Positions 49,946-62,719 of a stretch of 64,000 nucleotides of DNA are shown in pieces (positions within the stretch are counted from its first letter, which is position 1; the number at the start of each line of letters is the position of its first letter). Under the pieces are notes generated by a model. The model was not told the DNA's origin. It was given only the letters and a program-made list of their open reading frames with translations, and did not search any database. A program made the position numbers and the translations under genes. Origin of the DNA: Nageia nagi (taxonomy: Eukaryota > Plantae > Pinophyta); the NCBI GenBank assembly GCA_050084985.1, contig JBITNC010000001.1, positions 142,910,001-142,974,000 on the forward strand. Direction: 5' to 3'.

Positions 49946-52149
49946 ATAACCTTCACATAAACACTTCCACACTTGAAAGGAGTAAATTAACTCCATTTAG
50001 CCTTGGTTAAAGAATCACACTTAAAGGGTAATGAATCTCATGGGTTAGATCAAGACTCATTAATTAAAATACTACTTTTTGTCACATTAAACAAAATATA
50101 ATCAAAGGACATGCATGTTAGGTTGGGTTGTGGCTCAATATCATGAATTCTTTTATTTGTTAAATGCATATTCATAAGATATCATAAAATAAACATCAAT
50201 TAGTTGGAGGTGATGACCAACCATTAATTCTTATACTTCTTGTGTACCCATAGACCACATCATAAGCCATAGAGCCAAAATGTGGAGATGAATATCGGGT
50301 TCATATGTTAGAAGTCATCACTTCCCATTGGGAAAGTATAAATAAGGGGGTTATGCTTGGATTCCACTATCAAGGTATTCTTCAATGGCATTCCTCATGC
50401 CCCATTACACTAAGGGGACCATTTTAGGGACCAAGCTGATACTTATCCATAGATTGCCTATAGGATTACCAACCTACCTTTTCTTAAATAATTGACTAGA
50501 TGAAATAATTTAGGAAAATTAACAAGATTAAAAATATACAATTAATATCACTCATATTAAAAAAGGTTAATTCAATATATTAAAAAATCTAGAAAAGATA
50601 GTCATACTGAAAAGGTAAGTACATATATAGGATTGTTTATGCATATGAATGCTTTCTCACAAATCTAAATCCAAAAGATAAAATATAATTGCTATGTTCG
50701 ATATTTTTTTTACTTATGGCGTGATAGAAAAAATTAAAACAAAAAAAAAAAAAACAAAATAAAACAAAATGGCTAACATTCATTCTCAAATAGCTTATCA
50801 AGAGTAAGAACTCAACAATGAAAACTATTTAAAAGAATGAAGAAATCATCAATCTAGTAGAAACACTTCAAGAAGAGAAACTCCTCGAGAAATAAACACA
50901 ACTTATCTAGATCCTATTGATGATGACTTAGATATAGTTAGACAACATTTAACATAATTAAGGATCCCACATTCTTCTCATGCTCATAGTCTTCCTATAA
51001 ATATAGATTATTTAGTGGAAGATACATAATCTATCAATGATGTAGAAGAGATTGTATTAAGAAATATACCACTTTTGTAAACTCATCTAGTAGATACTGT
51101 ACTTCAAAGAGGCCCTTTCAAGCCTAAGTATGATCATGTTGCATAATATCTTCCTGATTGATATTTAGTTCAATCTTATTTAAGAAGAGATGATTATACT
51201 CCTTCCACTATTTCTAAGAAAATAGAGGAATTTGATGATCAAATCTCTCCATACATACAGCTACTCCTATACTAGAATCTAAAAATCATGCTAGAATTTA
51301 CAATAATCCTTGTTATATTTTAAATTCAAATACATGCACTCCTTTGTCAAGTTATAGAACCCCTAGACAAGGACATGAAGTGAAAAAGAAACTTGATCCA
51401 ATAAGGTTTAACTTACAAGGAATACCTCCCTATATACATAAGAGAGAGAATCCACCTTAAAATAAGATACAACATCAACCTTAATAATAAATAATTTTGT
51501 ATAATCTAAGTGTGCCACAGTAAGCTAAACCTAAAGGATTCATTCAACAATCATGATTGCCAGCACAACTTGTGCTCAATATAAATCAAAATAGGTTACC
51601 AATAAGACAACCCAATAAGCAAAATATTCAAATTCAATATGGACCTAACCAAATGATAGGGAAATATAAAAAACAATAACCTAGAGCCTGATCCCTATCT
51701 CCCCAAGGTCAAGGAGTATATATATAAACACTAAGACCCATACTTAGTTAATAACAAAGAAGCTTCACTTAAAAAGTGACAAGATGAGCTTCAAAAGTAT
51801 CATTTACCTCCATTTAGAAATAAGGATCAATCACATTACCCTATTATGCCTCTACATCAACAATAAATACAACAACAACAACCTCCATATCAACCTCCAC
51901 CATCTTCCCCATCATATAATGGAATTTACTATGATGTCCAAACACCCTTTGAACAAAGATATGAACCATTCCCAAGGTATGAAGGAAAAGTGGATCATAT
52001 AAATGATGAATACTCCATGTATCAAAATCAAGCAAAAAAATAGGATACTCTTCATAAAAGATTGATGGAAATTAAAAAAGAGTTATGGTTGCAAAGTAAA
52101 CAAAAAGTGTCATACAAAACAATTTGCAATGAACCAATGCATCCAAGTG

Positions 52150-53050
52150 TTCCTAAAAAGGAAGTTCTTTTCAAATTTAAAATTATTAAATTTGAACCAT
52201 TCAAAGAAAAATAAGGTCCTAAACAACATCTTAGAAAATTTAAGTATTCAATTTATGTTATTGCTAATGATGATGCATTAATATTGCACATTTTTCAAAT
52301 GAAACTTACTAAATAAGAAATGAATTGGTACAATAACTTAATAGAATATAATATTTATTCATACACACAATTGAAAAACTTATTCTTGGAACATTTTAGG
52401 ATAAATATCAAAGATAAAACTTCCATCATTGATATTACAAGACTACAACAATTTCAAGATGAATTGGTTATTGATTTCATATTAAGATGGAGAGTAATTT
52501 TGATAAGCATGCCTTACACTTTACCTCAAGAAGAATTGGTAAAAATGTTTAGTCAAAGTTTTTTAAGGCCTTATGCTAGTACCTTATTAATCCAACAATA
52601 TAAGACCTTCAAAGGAGCCATTTCCCAAGTAGTTATAATTGAAAAGGTCAAAATTCAAGATAATGAAATAAAATCTAAGAAAAAGTAACCTTATGTTAGA
52701 AATAAAAATCAAGTGAAATAAATAAATAAACCATCATTGACTAAAAAAGTTTCTATCACCAAATAAGAAGAACCAAATCCTCCATAAAATGAGGAAAAGG
52801 AATTTAAACTACCAAGAATGTTTATACCTTTGTCAGAATCTCTTTATGATATCTAAAGAAACTTTGTGATCATCAAATGATTACATTACCAGAAATAAGA
52901 CCTAAATGAACAAATTCTAAAAATAGTAGATGGTATAATGAGAACAAATATTATCATTTTCATTATCAAAAGGGGCATTAAACAAATAAGTGTAGGACTT
53001 TACAACATAAAATCCAAAACTTAATTGATCAAGGAAAGTTAGAAGTTGAT
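52150..53050 (+). pseudogene. gag (capsid plus knuckle), decayed
   Basis: GPKQHLRKFK...MNWYNNL...YTQLKNLFLEHF...LQQFQDELVIDFILRWR; YYHFHYQKGH*TNKCRTLQHKIQNLIDQG. Confidence 0.85.
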
Positions 53051-53539
53051 AATCCCTTAGCTATTCCTAATAAAAACTTTAGAATTTATCAAAATCCTCT
53101 CCCTCAATATCAAGCTAATAATGTGTCATTACATCCCCCTAAAAATTAGGTAACACATAACTAGAGTTATGACAATTCAACCTTTGTAGGGATGGTAAAC
53201 ATTGCTACAAGATCTCAAAGGGTACAAGGAAGATAAAATAATATTCTAAAAAATTAGCCAATTGAGGTTATACCTAGATCTCAGCCATTAAAGGTTTTAG
53301 TGAAAGGAGCCTTACATTAGCAATTAAAGAATTTGCAAGTAAAAATATCTCTATTTGAATTACTACAACAATATAAAAATCATAGGGATGTGATGAACCA
53401 ACTATTACCAACCATTGAATTAGATATAAATGATCCTAAAAGTTTCATATATTTTGTAGGAAACATTAAGACAAGTAAAAAACCTACTATTATTTTCTAT
53501 GATCATGAAGTCAAGCAATCAAATGAAACATGTGGTCAA

Positions 53540-56500
53540 GATCCTCCCTTTCATATCATAGCTAAAGTGGACAGAAAGGCTTTTAAAAGGATATTAGTTT
53601 ATGAAGGTTAAATGATAAACATTATCTCAATAACCACCTATAAGAATTTGAATCTTCCATTCTCACACATTTGTGCACCAGCCTTGCAATTAAAAGCCTT
53701 TAATGATATCTTATGTTCAACAATGGGATCTATTTCATTACCTATTATTGTAGGGTCTAAAATAGTGCAAATAATATTACAAGTAACTGAAGGAGACATA
53801 ACTCAATATAATATCCTCTTAGAGAGACCTTGGATTAGAGAAATATAGTGTGTCCCATCAACTTGTCATAACTATTTAAAGTACATTCATAAGGGTGAAG
53901 TGCATTGTGTACGTAGAGATCAAAATCCATATTCACATTGTAATAATGCACATCTATCAAAAGAAGTGGCATTACCATCCACTCATTACTTTACCACACC
54001 TATGTTACCAAAAAAATCATCAATTATAGGAGTGGGTCAAAATAATTCCCCTTTAAATCCTTAAAAATAAGAACACATTATTAATCAAGTATTACCCAAT
54101 TCTCAAAAGATTAGTAATAATTTACCATAAAAATTAGAACCAATGCCTGAAGAAAGACATACATGGGAAGAAAGAGCATGAAAGTTAGATTAATTAAGTA
54201 AAACCTCTTCATCTAAAATATCTTCCCCTATGGATACATTAGTAAAACATAAGTATGATCAAGAAAATAATAAGTCATCAAACATTTATCCCATGACCAT
54301 AAAACTAATAAACTATGTTATAGGAGAATTTTGAATTGATGATGTCGTTTTCAATATTCCTTTTGCCTAAGAAATAGAAAGACCAAAAGAATCTTATATT
54401 GTAGTAGGAAAATTGGTGCCACTAGGGAAAGTCCTTAGCCAAACATTATTTATTTATAAATATCCTATAGAACCACCTATCCTTCCTTTACCACAACCTC
54501 ATGAGGGTGTTTTGTGTAACTCATTAGAATATTTATCACCTTATGTGAGGTCATTTGTCCAAAAATATTTTGATAGATGTTAATGGAAAGGATAAGGCCT
54601 AGGATGATATGAACAAGGACATAGATATACAATCCATATTTATTACCAATTACCCACTGGTAAAACATGATTAGGATTTAAAACTAAAAAGTGGAAAGAA
54701 TTTAGTTGTAAGATAGTTGAATTAGAACTATAAATATTAAAGTTTGAAAAGTCGTCTGAAAAATCTAAAGAGATAATAAGTCAAGATAATATGGGATGTG
54801 AAATATTATTTTTAAAAAGATTATTTCCTAATAATGTATCAAGTAACATGGTTGAAATCATAGAAATATCTAATGAAGTTTTAGAAAAAATATCTTTTGA
54901 ATGGTCCAGGAGTGATGAGTTTGAATCATTAAGGCCAACTAGCTCAAATAGTTCTTCATCATATTTTTTGGTAGATGAAGATCTTGCAAACTTTACATTA
55001 ATTTCTAAATAACCTACAATAAAATACTTTAAAGATATAGATACCATATTACAAACCTCATACTTCATTATAAACATCACTCTAAAAAATCAACATTTAG
55101 GTAAAGATGAAGAATATAACATAAACGATAAAAATTGGATTCCAATACCAAATTAGTTGGAAGAAGGGTCTGATATATTAATTGAAAAAACCATTGAATT
55201 TGATTTAAGTGATGATCCTAATAATCCTAAAATCATTCAACTAGGTAATTCATTAACTTAAAATGAGAGATGAGAATTCATTTCTATACTCAAAGAAAGG
55301 CAAAAAATATTTGTGTGGTCATACACTGATATGCCTGGACTAGATCTTAACTTGGTAGTACATAACTTAGGTATTAAATAAGATGCTAAACTTGTTAAAC
55401 AAAAATTATGAAAAATACATCCAATAATAGCATTGATGGTGAAATAAGAATTACAAGAACTTTTAGAAGCCAAATTCATTCATCCCATTGATTATTTCGA
55501 CTAGATTTCCAACATGGTACCCATTAAAAAGTCAAATGAAAAAATTCACATATGCATGGATTTTAGAGACTTGAATAAAGATTTCCCTAAGGATGATTTC
55601 CTACTACCAAATATAAATAGTTTAGTTGGCTCTATTGCCAAACATGAAATGCTCTCTCTTATGGATGGATTTTCAAGATATAATCAGATAAAAGTATCAT
55701 CATAAGATAAACATAAAATAGCATTTACGATACTTGGAGAACATTTTGCTACAAAGTAATGCCCTTTGGATTAAAAAATAAAGGAGCCACTTATCAAAGG
55801 GAAATGACTAATATTTTCCATGATTACATGCATGATATTATGGAAGATTATGTAGATGACATATTAGCTAAATATAAAACTTGAGAAGACCATCCGAAGA
55901 TACTTATGAAAATATTTAATAGATTACTAGAGCATAGTATTTGATTAAATCCTACAAAATATGTTTTCTGGGTAACTTCAAAAAATTTATTAGGTTTTAT
56001 CATTTCCAAGTGAGGAATTGAAGTAGATCCAAATAAAATAAAATAAATAGCAAACATGTTACCCTCGATGAACATAAAATAATTGCAACGTTTACAAGCT
56101 AAGATGTAAGTTGTAAGACATTTTATTTCTCAGCTATCAGATAAGTATAAACTATTCAATAAACTATTAAATAATGGAATTATATTCCACTAGGGCAATG
56201 AACAATAGGAAGTGTTTGATGAAATAAAATGATATCTTTTATCACCTCCAATTTTAGTTCCACCTAAATAAGGGGAACCATTCCTATTATATATGTCTAC
56301 TATAGAATCAACATTAGGAACTATGCTTGATCAAAAGAACAAAAGTAATAAAGAACAAGCTATATATTATCTTAGTAAAAATTTAGTTGGCTATGAAATC
56401 AAATATGTATATTTAGAAAATTTATGTTTGGATATGATTTTTGCAATTAAAAAATTGAGACATTATATGTTGAATCACACTACATATGTAATTGCTAAAG

Positions 56501-58500
56501 CAGATTCTTTAAAGTATATGATGAACAAAACCTATCAAAATGTAAGAACATTTGAATGGATCATGCATTTAATTGAATTTGACTTGCAATTTATAAACCA
56601 AAATTCAATTAAATGTCAATTCATAGCTTATTATCTCATATAAGTACCCTTATCGGATGATAAACCACTCATCATTGAACTACCAGATGAACAAATTTTT
56701 TAGTTAGATGAGATGGAAATCCTTGTGGATCCTAAAGAAGATTGGGATATGGTGATATATTTTGATGGATCAAGATGCAAGAAAAGTAGAGGTGCAGGTG
56801 TTGTTTTTGTCACACCTTAACGAGTTCCTAAACCTTATTCTTTTAATATAAATTTTTTATGTACAAATAACAATGCTGAGTATGAAGCCCTAATATTAGC
56901 TATAAAGACAACAATGAAATTAAAATTCAAGAAAGTTAAATTAATTAGTGATTCATTGCTAATTATGAATCAAGTTAAAGGAATCTTAAAATGTATAGAA
57001 CCTATGTTACTAAATTACAAAAAAATGGTAGATAATTTTCTTCTATCATTTGAAAAATATGATTTAGAACCAACACCAAGATCAACCAATAGATTTGTTG
57101 ATGCTATGGATTCAATTTAATCTTTGATACCTAAAAACCCATATAAATAAACTATTCACATCAAGATCATTCAAATTACTCAATCCTCATTGAAATAGAT
57201 AGAGTAGACATGTGGTTCTTGATATAATAATGGAAGATAAGAACTTATGGCATACCCAATTAGTCAAATACTTAAGATATGGAATCCTTTCTATCAATTT
57301 AACAAAGCCAGCTAGAAAAGTGTTTAAATTAAAAGCTTCTCATTTTTGTATGCTAGGAGATGTCCTATATCGTAGAGGTTTTGATGGGATATTGCTTATA
57401 TGCTTAGAATGGGTGGATTCACAAATTGCAATTTCATATGCCCATGATGGAATATGTGGACATTTTAGTGGCCCTGCAATAATGAAATGACTAATGTGTA
57501 TGGTATATTATTAGCCCACCATGGAATGTGATTACATCAAGTACATTAAAAAATGTGTAAAATGCCAACAAAATTCAAATTTATCTAATAAAGCATCACA
57601 AGTGTTACAAACCATGCAATCATTGTGGCCTTTAAGATGGCCATTAGACTTAATAGGCCAAATATCCCCTATTTCTTTAGGAGGACATAAATTTATAATA
57701 ACATCCACAAAATACTTTACCAAGTGGGTTGAAGCTATGCCTATGATTTTAACAAAAGGACCAAAGATAATAGAATTCATAAAACACCATATCATATTTC
57801 ATTTTGGGATTCCTACTCAAATTATCATTGATAACGAAAAGAATTTTAAAAATAAGGAAGTATTAGCCTTATGTAAAGGATATCATATTTGAATTAGTTT
57901 TCAACACCATATTACCCTTAAGGAAATGGAAAAGCTAAGGTTACAAATAAAACCATTCATAGTATTCTACTTAAAATATTTGATAATTCTCATAGAGATT
58001 GGCATGTTAGAATTCCACATGCTTTTTGGGCTTATTGCACTAGCATTCAAAATCCTACTATGGCAACCCCATTTTCTTTAGTTTATGGAGCAGAAGTAGT
58101 GCTACCTCTTGAAATAGAAATTCTATATTTGCGAAGTACTTTGTAAGATTATATCACTGATGAAGTAGCTCATTAAACAAGATTAGATCAATTGTTACTT
58201 CTAGATGAAAGAAGAGTTAATGCATTAGAACACATGCGTACCTACCAAAGCCATATTAAATGAGCCTTTGATCAAAGGGTTTAGATTTGTAAATTTAATA
58301 TAGGAGACCCAGTATTAAAAGAAAAACAGCAAACTTCATGAATGGAAAGACAAATTTGAGATAAATTTGATCCTAATTGGTTAGAACCTTACTTGGTTAA
58401 AAGAAAATTTAGGTTAGGATCATATCACTTAGCCAACTAAGAAGGTAACAAAGAACATGAACCAATAAATATCATGCATCTTCACTCCTTCTATAGTTAA
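53540..58500 (+). pseudogene. pol: protease, G-patch, RT, RNase H, additional (archaeal-type) RNase H, integrase; decayed
   Basis: PR KRILVYEG...YNILLERPWI; G-patch WKG*GLG*YEQG...LGF (54560-54680); RT ICMDFRDLNK, LMDGFSRYNQI, YVDDIL; RH AIYYLSK; aRH YFDGS...GAGVV...NNAEYEAL...SDS (56740-57120); INT HDGICGH...CVKCQ, LDLIG, FTKWVEA, PNWLEPY. Confidence 0.93.
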
Positions 58501-58593
58501 AATTGATTTTGTTATTTATGTGCATATTGTAAGTAATTAAATAGAATAAAAATCCTACAATGAACTAATACATATGAATGGGTTTAACAATTG

Positions 58594-59139
58594 ATGACTA
58601 AGAAAATCAAGAATGTGCATGTGCCATTAAAAAGAAAAGGGATAAGGCAAGGGACATGGTTTGAGAAGTCTAGATATTTGGGAGATAGAGCCATATCTTG
58701 ACTTGCTAATTTCACTTCCCCAAAAACATGAAATATTCTTCTTTTACCCATTGACATACAAAAAGATTTGACTTTGCATCATCATCCAGTTATATATTAT
58801 GGTTGGAAATTTTTTGTTAAAGAAGAAAATCTTGAAATTTATCTAGATAGACCCATGTATTTTCAAGATTATTATCATTATTATGAGAAAGTACATAAAA
58901 TAAATTTATGGTGCTTGTATTAGCCTACTGCAACACCTATGCTTATTTTTTATTATACTTTTAATGATTGGGTTTTAGAGGTTGTATCTCAAAATCCATG
59001 AATTTTAGATCTAATTATGATTTGGATGAATCAACTTGTGGGAGATTTATGCCATAAGAAACTAATATATGATTTTTCTCCCTCATTTGTACCTAAACCA
59101 AGGAAATTAAAAAAGGTTAAAACAAATATTAGTAAATGA
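58594..59139 (+). pseudogene. Accessory ORF-A (~182 codons, four internal stops) with F-box-like motif
   Basis: Single frame MTKKIKNVHVP...NILLLPIDIQKDLTL...; internal stops are TGA x3 and TAG x1, each consistent with C>T in CGA/CAG (or G>A in TGG). Confidence 0.55.
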
Positions 59140-59188
59140 TTCTCTCGGATAAATTCAAGATTCATGTCCTCATCACCTTCTAACTATC

Positions 59189-59731
59189 ATGAAAAAAATA
59201 GTTATGATCAAAAGGTTAAAAATTCCTAAACAAGAACATGTCCAACTCAATTGCATTAGTCAAAGTTTCATGGATATATATAAAGGAGATATTTACATAC
59301 AATTGCTTCAAAAAAACCCATACGCACTTATGGCATGTTTTCTTAATTTACCTAAAGAATTGCAAATAGAAATAGCAAAAAAATTCTTTGAAACTCGTAC
59401 ATCAAATGCATGGGAAATAAAGATAAGTTGTTTAAAAATAGAAATTGAGATAAAAGCACAAGAAATATGGATGGAACAAGAATCCAAGATGAGTTTAATA
59501 CAATGGTTCTATTTGCATTGGCCTAGTGATAAACCTAAGATTGTGATAGATTATGTTGAAGATGTTCATCTCAAATTCATGGGTTATCCTCTTATTTTGA
59601 ATTTAGTCATTTCTTACCAAGTATTATCATACTTTGCACTATATTTTCTAAATGATAAAATTATATATGATTATAGTTCATTTTTTAGCAATAGTTATTG
59701 CCCAAATAATCCCTTGAATATCAAAGTATGA
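59189..59731 (+). CDS. Accessory ORF-B (180 aa, uninterrupted) with F-box-like motif
   Basis: Track ORF; CFLNLPKELQIEIAKKF at residues 50-66; longest open frame in the TE portion of the window. Confidence 0.6.
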   Translation: MKKIVMIKRLKIPKQEHVQLNCISQSFMDIYKGDIYIQLLQKNPYALMACFLNLPKELQIEIAKKFFETRTSNAWEIKISCLKIEIEIKAQEIWMEQESKMSLIQWFYLHWPSDKPKIVIDYVEDVHLKFMGYPLILNLVISYQVLSYFALYFLNDKIIYDYSSFFSNSYCPNNPLNIKV

Positions 59732-60449
59732 CTTGAACAAATCAATCAACATCTAAATAAAAGAAAATAAAGAAAATATGTTTGATAAATATATTTTTTT
59801 AATATCATTTATAATAAAAATTTTGGTATTTATATAGGGAGTCTCATGTCATATTTCCCACCTTGGACTTCTCCATTACCATCAATTCCACTACCTCCTA
59901 TTTCTTTATATCCTGCATACATACCATCCTTTTCAACACTTCTTGAAGAACATAATGAAGCTCCAACTTCATCTAAAAAATGCTAGAGTTGTCAAAAAAT
60001 TCAAATATCAACCACCAATCCTAGCCCTCATTTCTTATCCTATTTATTCCAACCATCTATTCTAGGACAAGGTCCTATTCACCTTCAGTTACGACCTCCT
60101 TACTATTACTTTTTAAATCATGGATGTTGGATTATTCATAGGAAAGCTATTTTCCATCATCGTAAATTGTCGTTCTCTATGAAAACCATAAAAACATTAT
60201 GAAAAGAAAAATACAAAAATATCATAAAAATAACAAAAAAATCAAAAAATTTAAAATAAAATAAAATATTTTTATTATGTATGTATGTGTATGTGTTGTA
60301 TATATTGCTTAATATTTGCATGTCAATCCATTATTTTCATGCAAATAAAAGCTTTATATATGTTTATGTCTTTGAAAAACCTTGGGCAACTTCTAAAAAT
60401 TACATAGGATATTGCAAGTGATTGATTGCATTATAAACTACTAAACATC

Positions 60450-61067
60450 ATGAATAATCTCCATTGTGCTTCTACACCTACTAATTAAGAGGTTTTTTAT
60501 CCATGTCACATTCCACCTACTCCTTGGGATTTTTCTTCACTTTACACCTTACACTCACCATGTACATTCCTAAGTGACCATGTAGAAAGTCAAGCCCAAC
60601 CATCAAACTTAGATATAAATCACTTTTATGAGTTACCTGAGGATGTCCAACTTAAAATTTTATCCATGACAATAGTGATGAGTCTACTAGATAGGTTTGA
60701 CCATGCTTACAATGCTTTGAAATATTCCTTTTTGGTGGACCTCTTCTTTATCATAAACTATGATGGGAAACTTCATTAATTCATAATATACCTAATAAAG
60801 AATCTCTCCAAGACCTCATTTACCTACTTTCTAGACTAGATTTCATGTGGAGAATTATGATCTATTCCTGTATTAGTCCACTTGTATGTAGATTCATTAG
60901 ATTCTATGTACCACCATTCTTACACCCTCAAGAGTATTTTGATAAACTCATTATGGCCCATATAATATCTATAAATGTTTTCCATTAGGATTTCATGTTT
61001 TATGTGCCTATCACTTATCAAGCCACTGATTAGATTATCAACCATATCATTTGTACTCATACAATAA
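60450..61067 (+). pseudogene. Accessory ORF-C (~200 codons, several stops) with F-box-like motif
   Basis: MNNLHCAS...NHFYELPEDVQLKILSMTIVMSLL... in one frame; motif at 60624-60668. Confidence 0.55.
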
Positions 61068-61123
61068 ACCCTTGATCAATTGGGAATCCATTATGTACAA
61101 ATAGAATACATTGATTAAAAATA

Positions 61124-61162
61124 ATATATATATATATATATATATATACATACATACATATA
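61124..61162. repeat. (TA)n / (TACA)n microsatellite
   Basis: Direct inspection. Confidence 0.9.
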
Positions 61163-62719
61163 CACTTTGAAAATTATTTCTAAAGCCTCTTGGCTATTGG
61201 GTGTGCTACCCTATGTGTTTGTATTATACAATTGTATTAACTTTGTTCATTTTGTCTATCATTAAGAAACTATTAAATATGAAACATGAAAATTATAGTA
61301 ACCTACAAAGATAAGTATATAAACACCCTAAAAATCCATTCATACATTGTTCATATATATAGTTATGAATATAAATAAAGGAGTATTTTATAGGTATAAT
61401 ATTCATATTCTATTTTATCAAAATATATTTTGTAAGATTTCTAAAACTTTAGATGATAAACAAACATTACCTTACACTATTAAAATGTTGTGAACTTATA
61501 CACTTTTACACACTATAAATCTTAAAACATTCAAAGATTTGATGTTATTGAAGCATAATTTTAAGTATTTATCCTACTATTTTGCTTCATCTTGAACCCA
61601 AGAGATAGGACAAAAAAGGAAAAAGATAAGATCATCAAAAAAAAGGGAGAAGGAAAAGAAAATAAAATCAGAATTCTTAGGTAATTACAATATTCTCTAT
61701 TGGGGCTATGGATGCCCAACTAGTAATAAAGCAAGGCTATAATGGGATCTAGGTATTAATCTTCATCGAGGCTATGAATGCTCATCTTCTAGTGAAGTAT
61801 TCCTTATGAAGAGGTGATATGTACACTCTTTGAGATGGACCTCTAAAGAAAAATAATACTATATATCCTATGCTCTTATAACATTAGATTAACGAATATT
61901 AAGAGAAGGAAATCAATATCACTACACACATATGGGTTCATAATAAACTTAAAAGTATATCATAACTTTGTTTTATATCATCCTTGGTAGAAGAAATTGA
62001 AATGAAAGACTATTTTATTCAAAGTTACTATGAATATATTACTCATTACACTTATTTATTATATTATACATCCATTTCATTTCATAATATTTATATCCCA
62101 TTATTATAATCTTGGAGGGTTAACTAAGTCATCATGTTTAAACATTTAGATAGTTATACCATACATTCATACATACATGTGTGTTTATGTGTATAAATCC
62201 ATAGTATTATACATTCATACATCTATCCATGTGTGTTCATACCATTCATACCATTTTACATACATACATCATCTCATTTGTATGAGTAGCCAAGAAAAAT
62301 AGAAAATAATGATATCTAATTCCATATTATTATAAATAAAATATGTTCTTAGTATAATAGTTTTACATTATAATAACCTTCATTTATTCATTTTCATACA
62401 TCAAGATATTATAATATTTGAAATCATAATAAGGTAGGTAAACATTTCATCCATAACAAAAACTTGAATCATCTAACCATGTATCTAGAGACATACATAC
62501 ATCATAAGTATAAACATAACATCAAAAGTATGCATATATAACCATTAATCATCATCATAACATAATAAAAAAATAATTACTTAAGTATACCGATCAAATA
62601 CTCATTTTCATAAAATAAAATGCTAGATCATACCCTCATGATCACAAAAAACAATAATAGTGTCATCATCTAGATCCATCATAAGAATGTTTAAATATTA
62701 AAACTAATACAAATAAATC

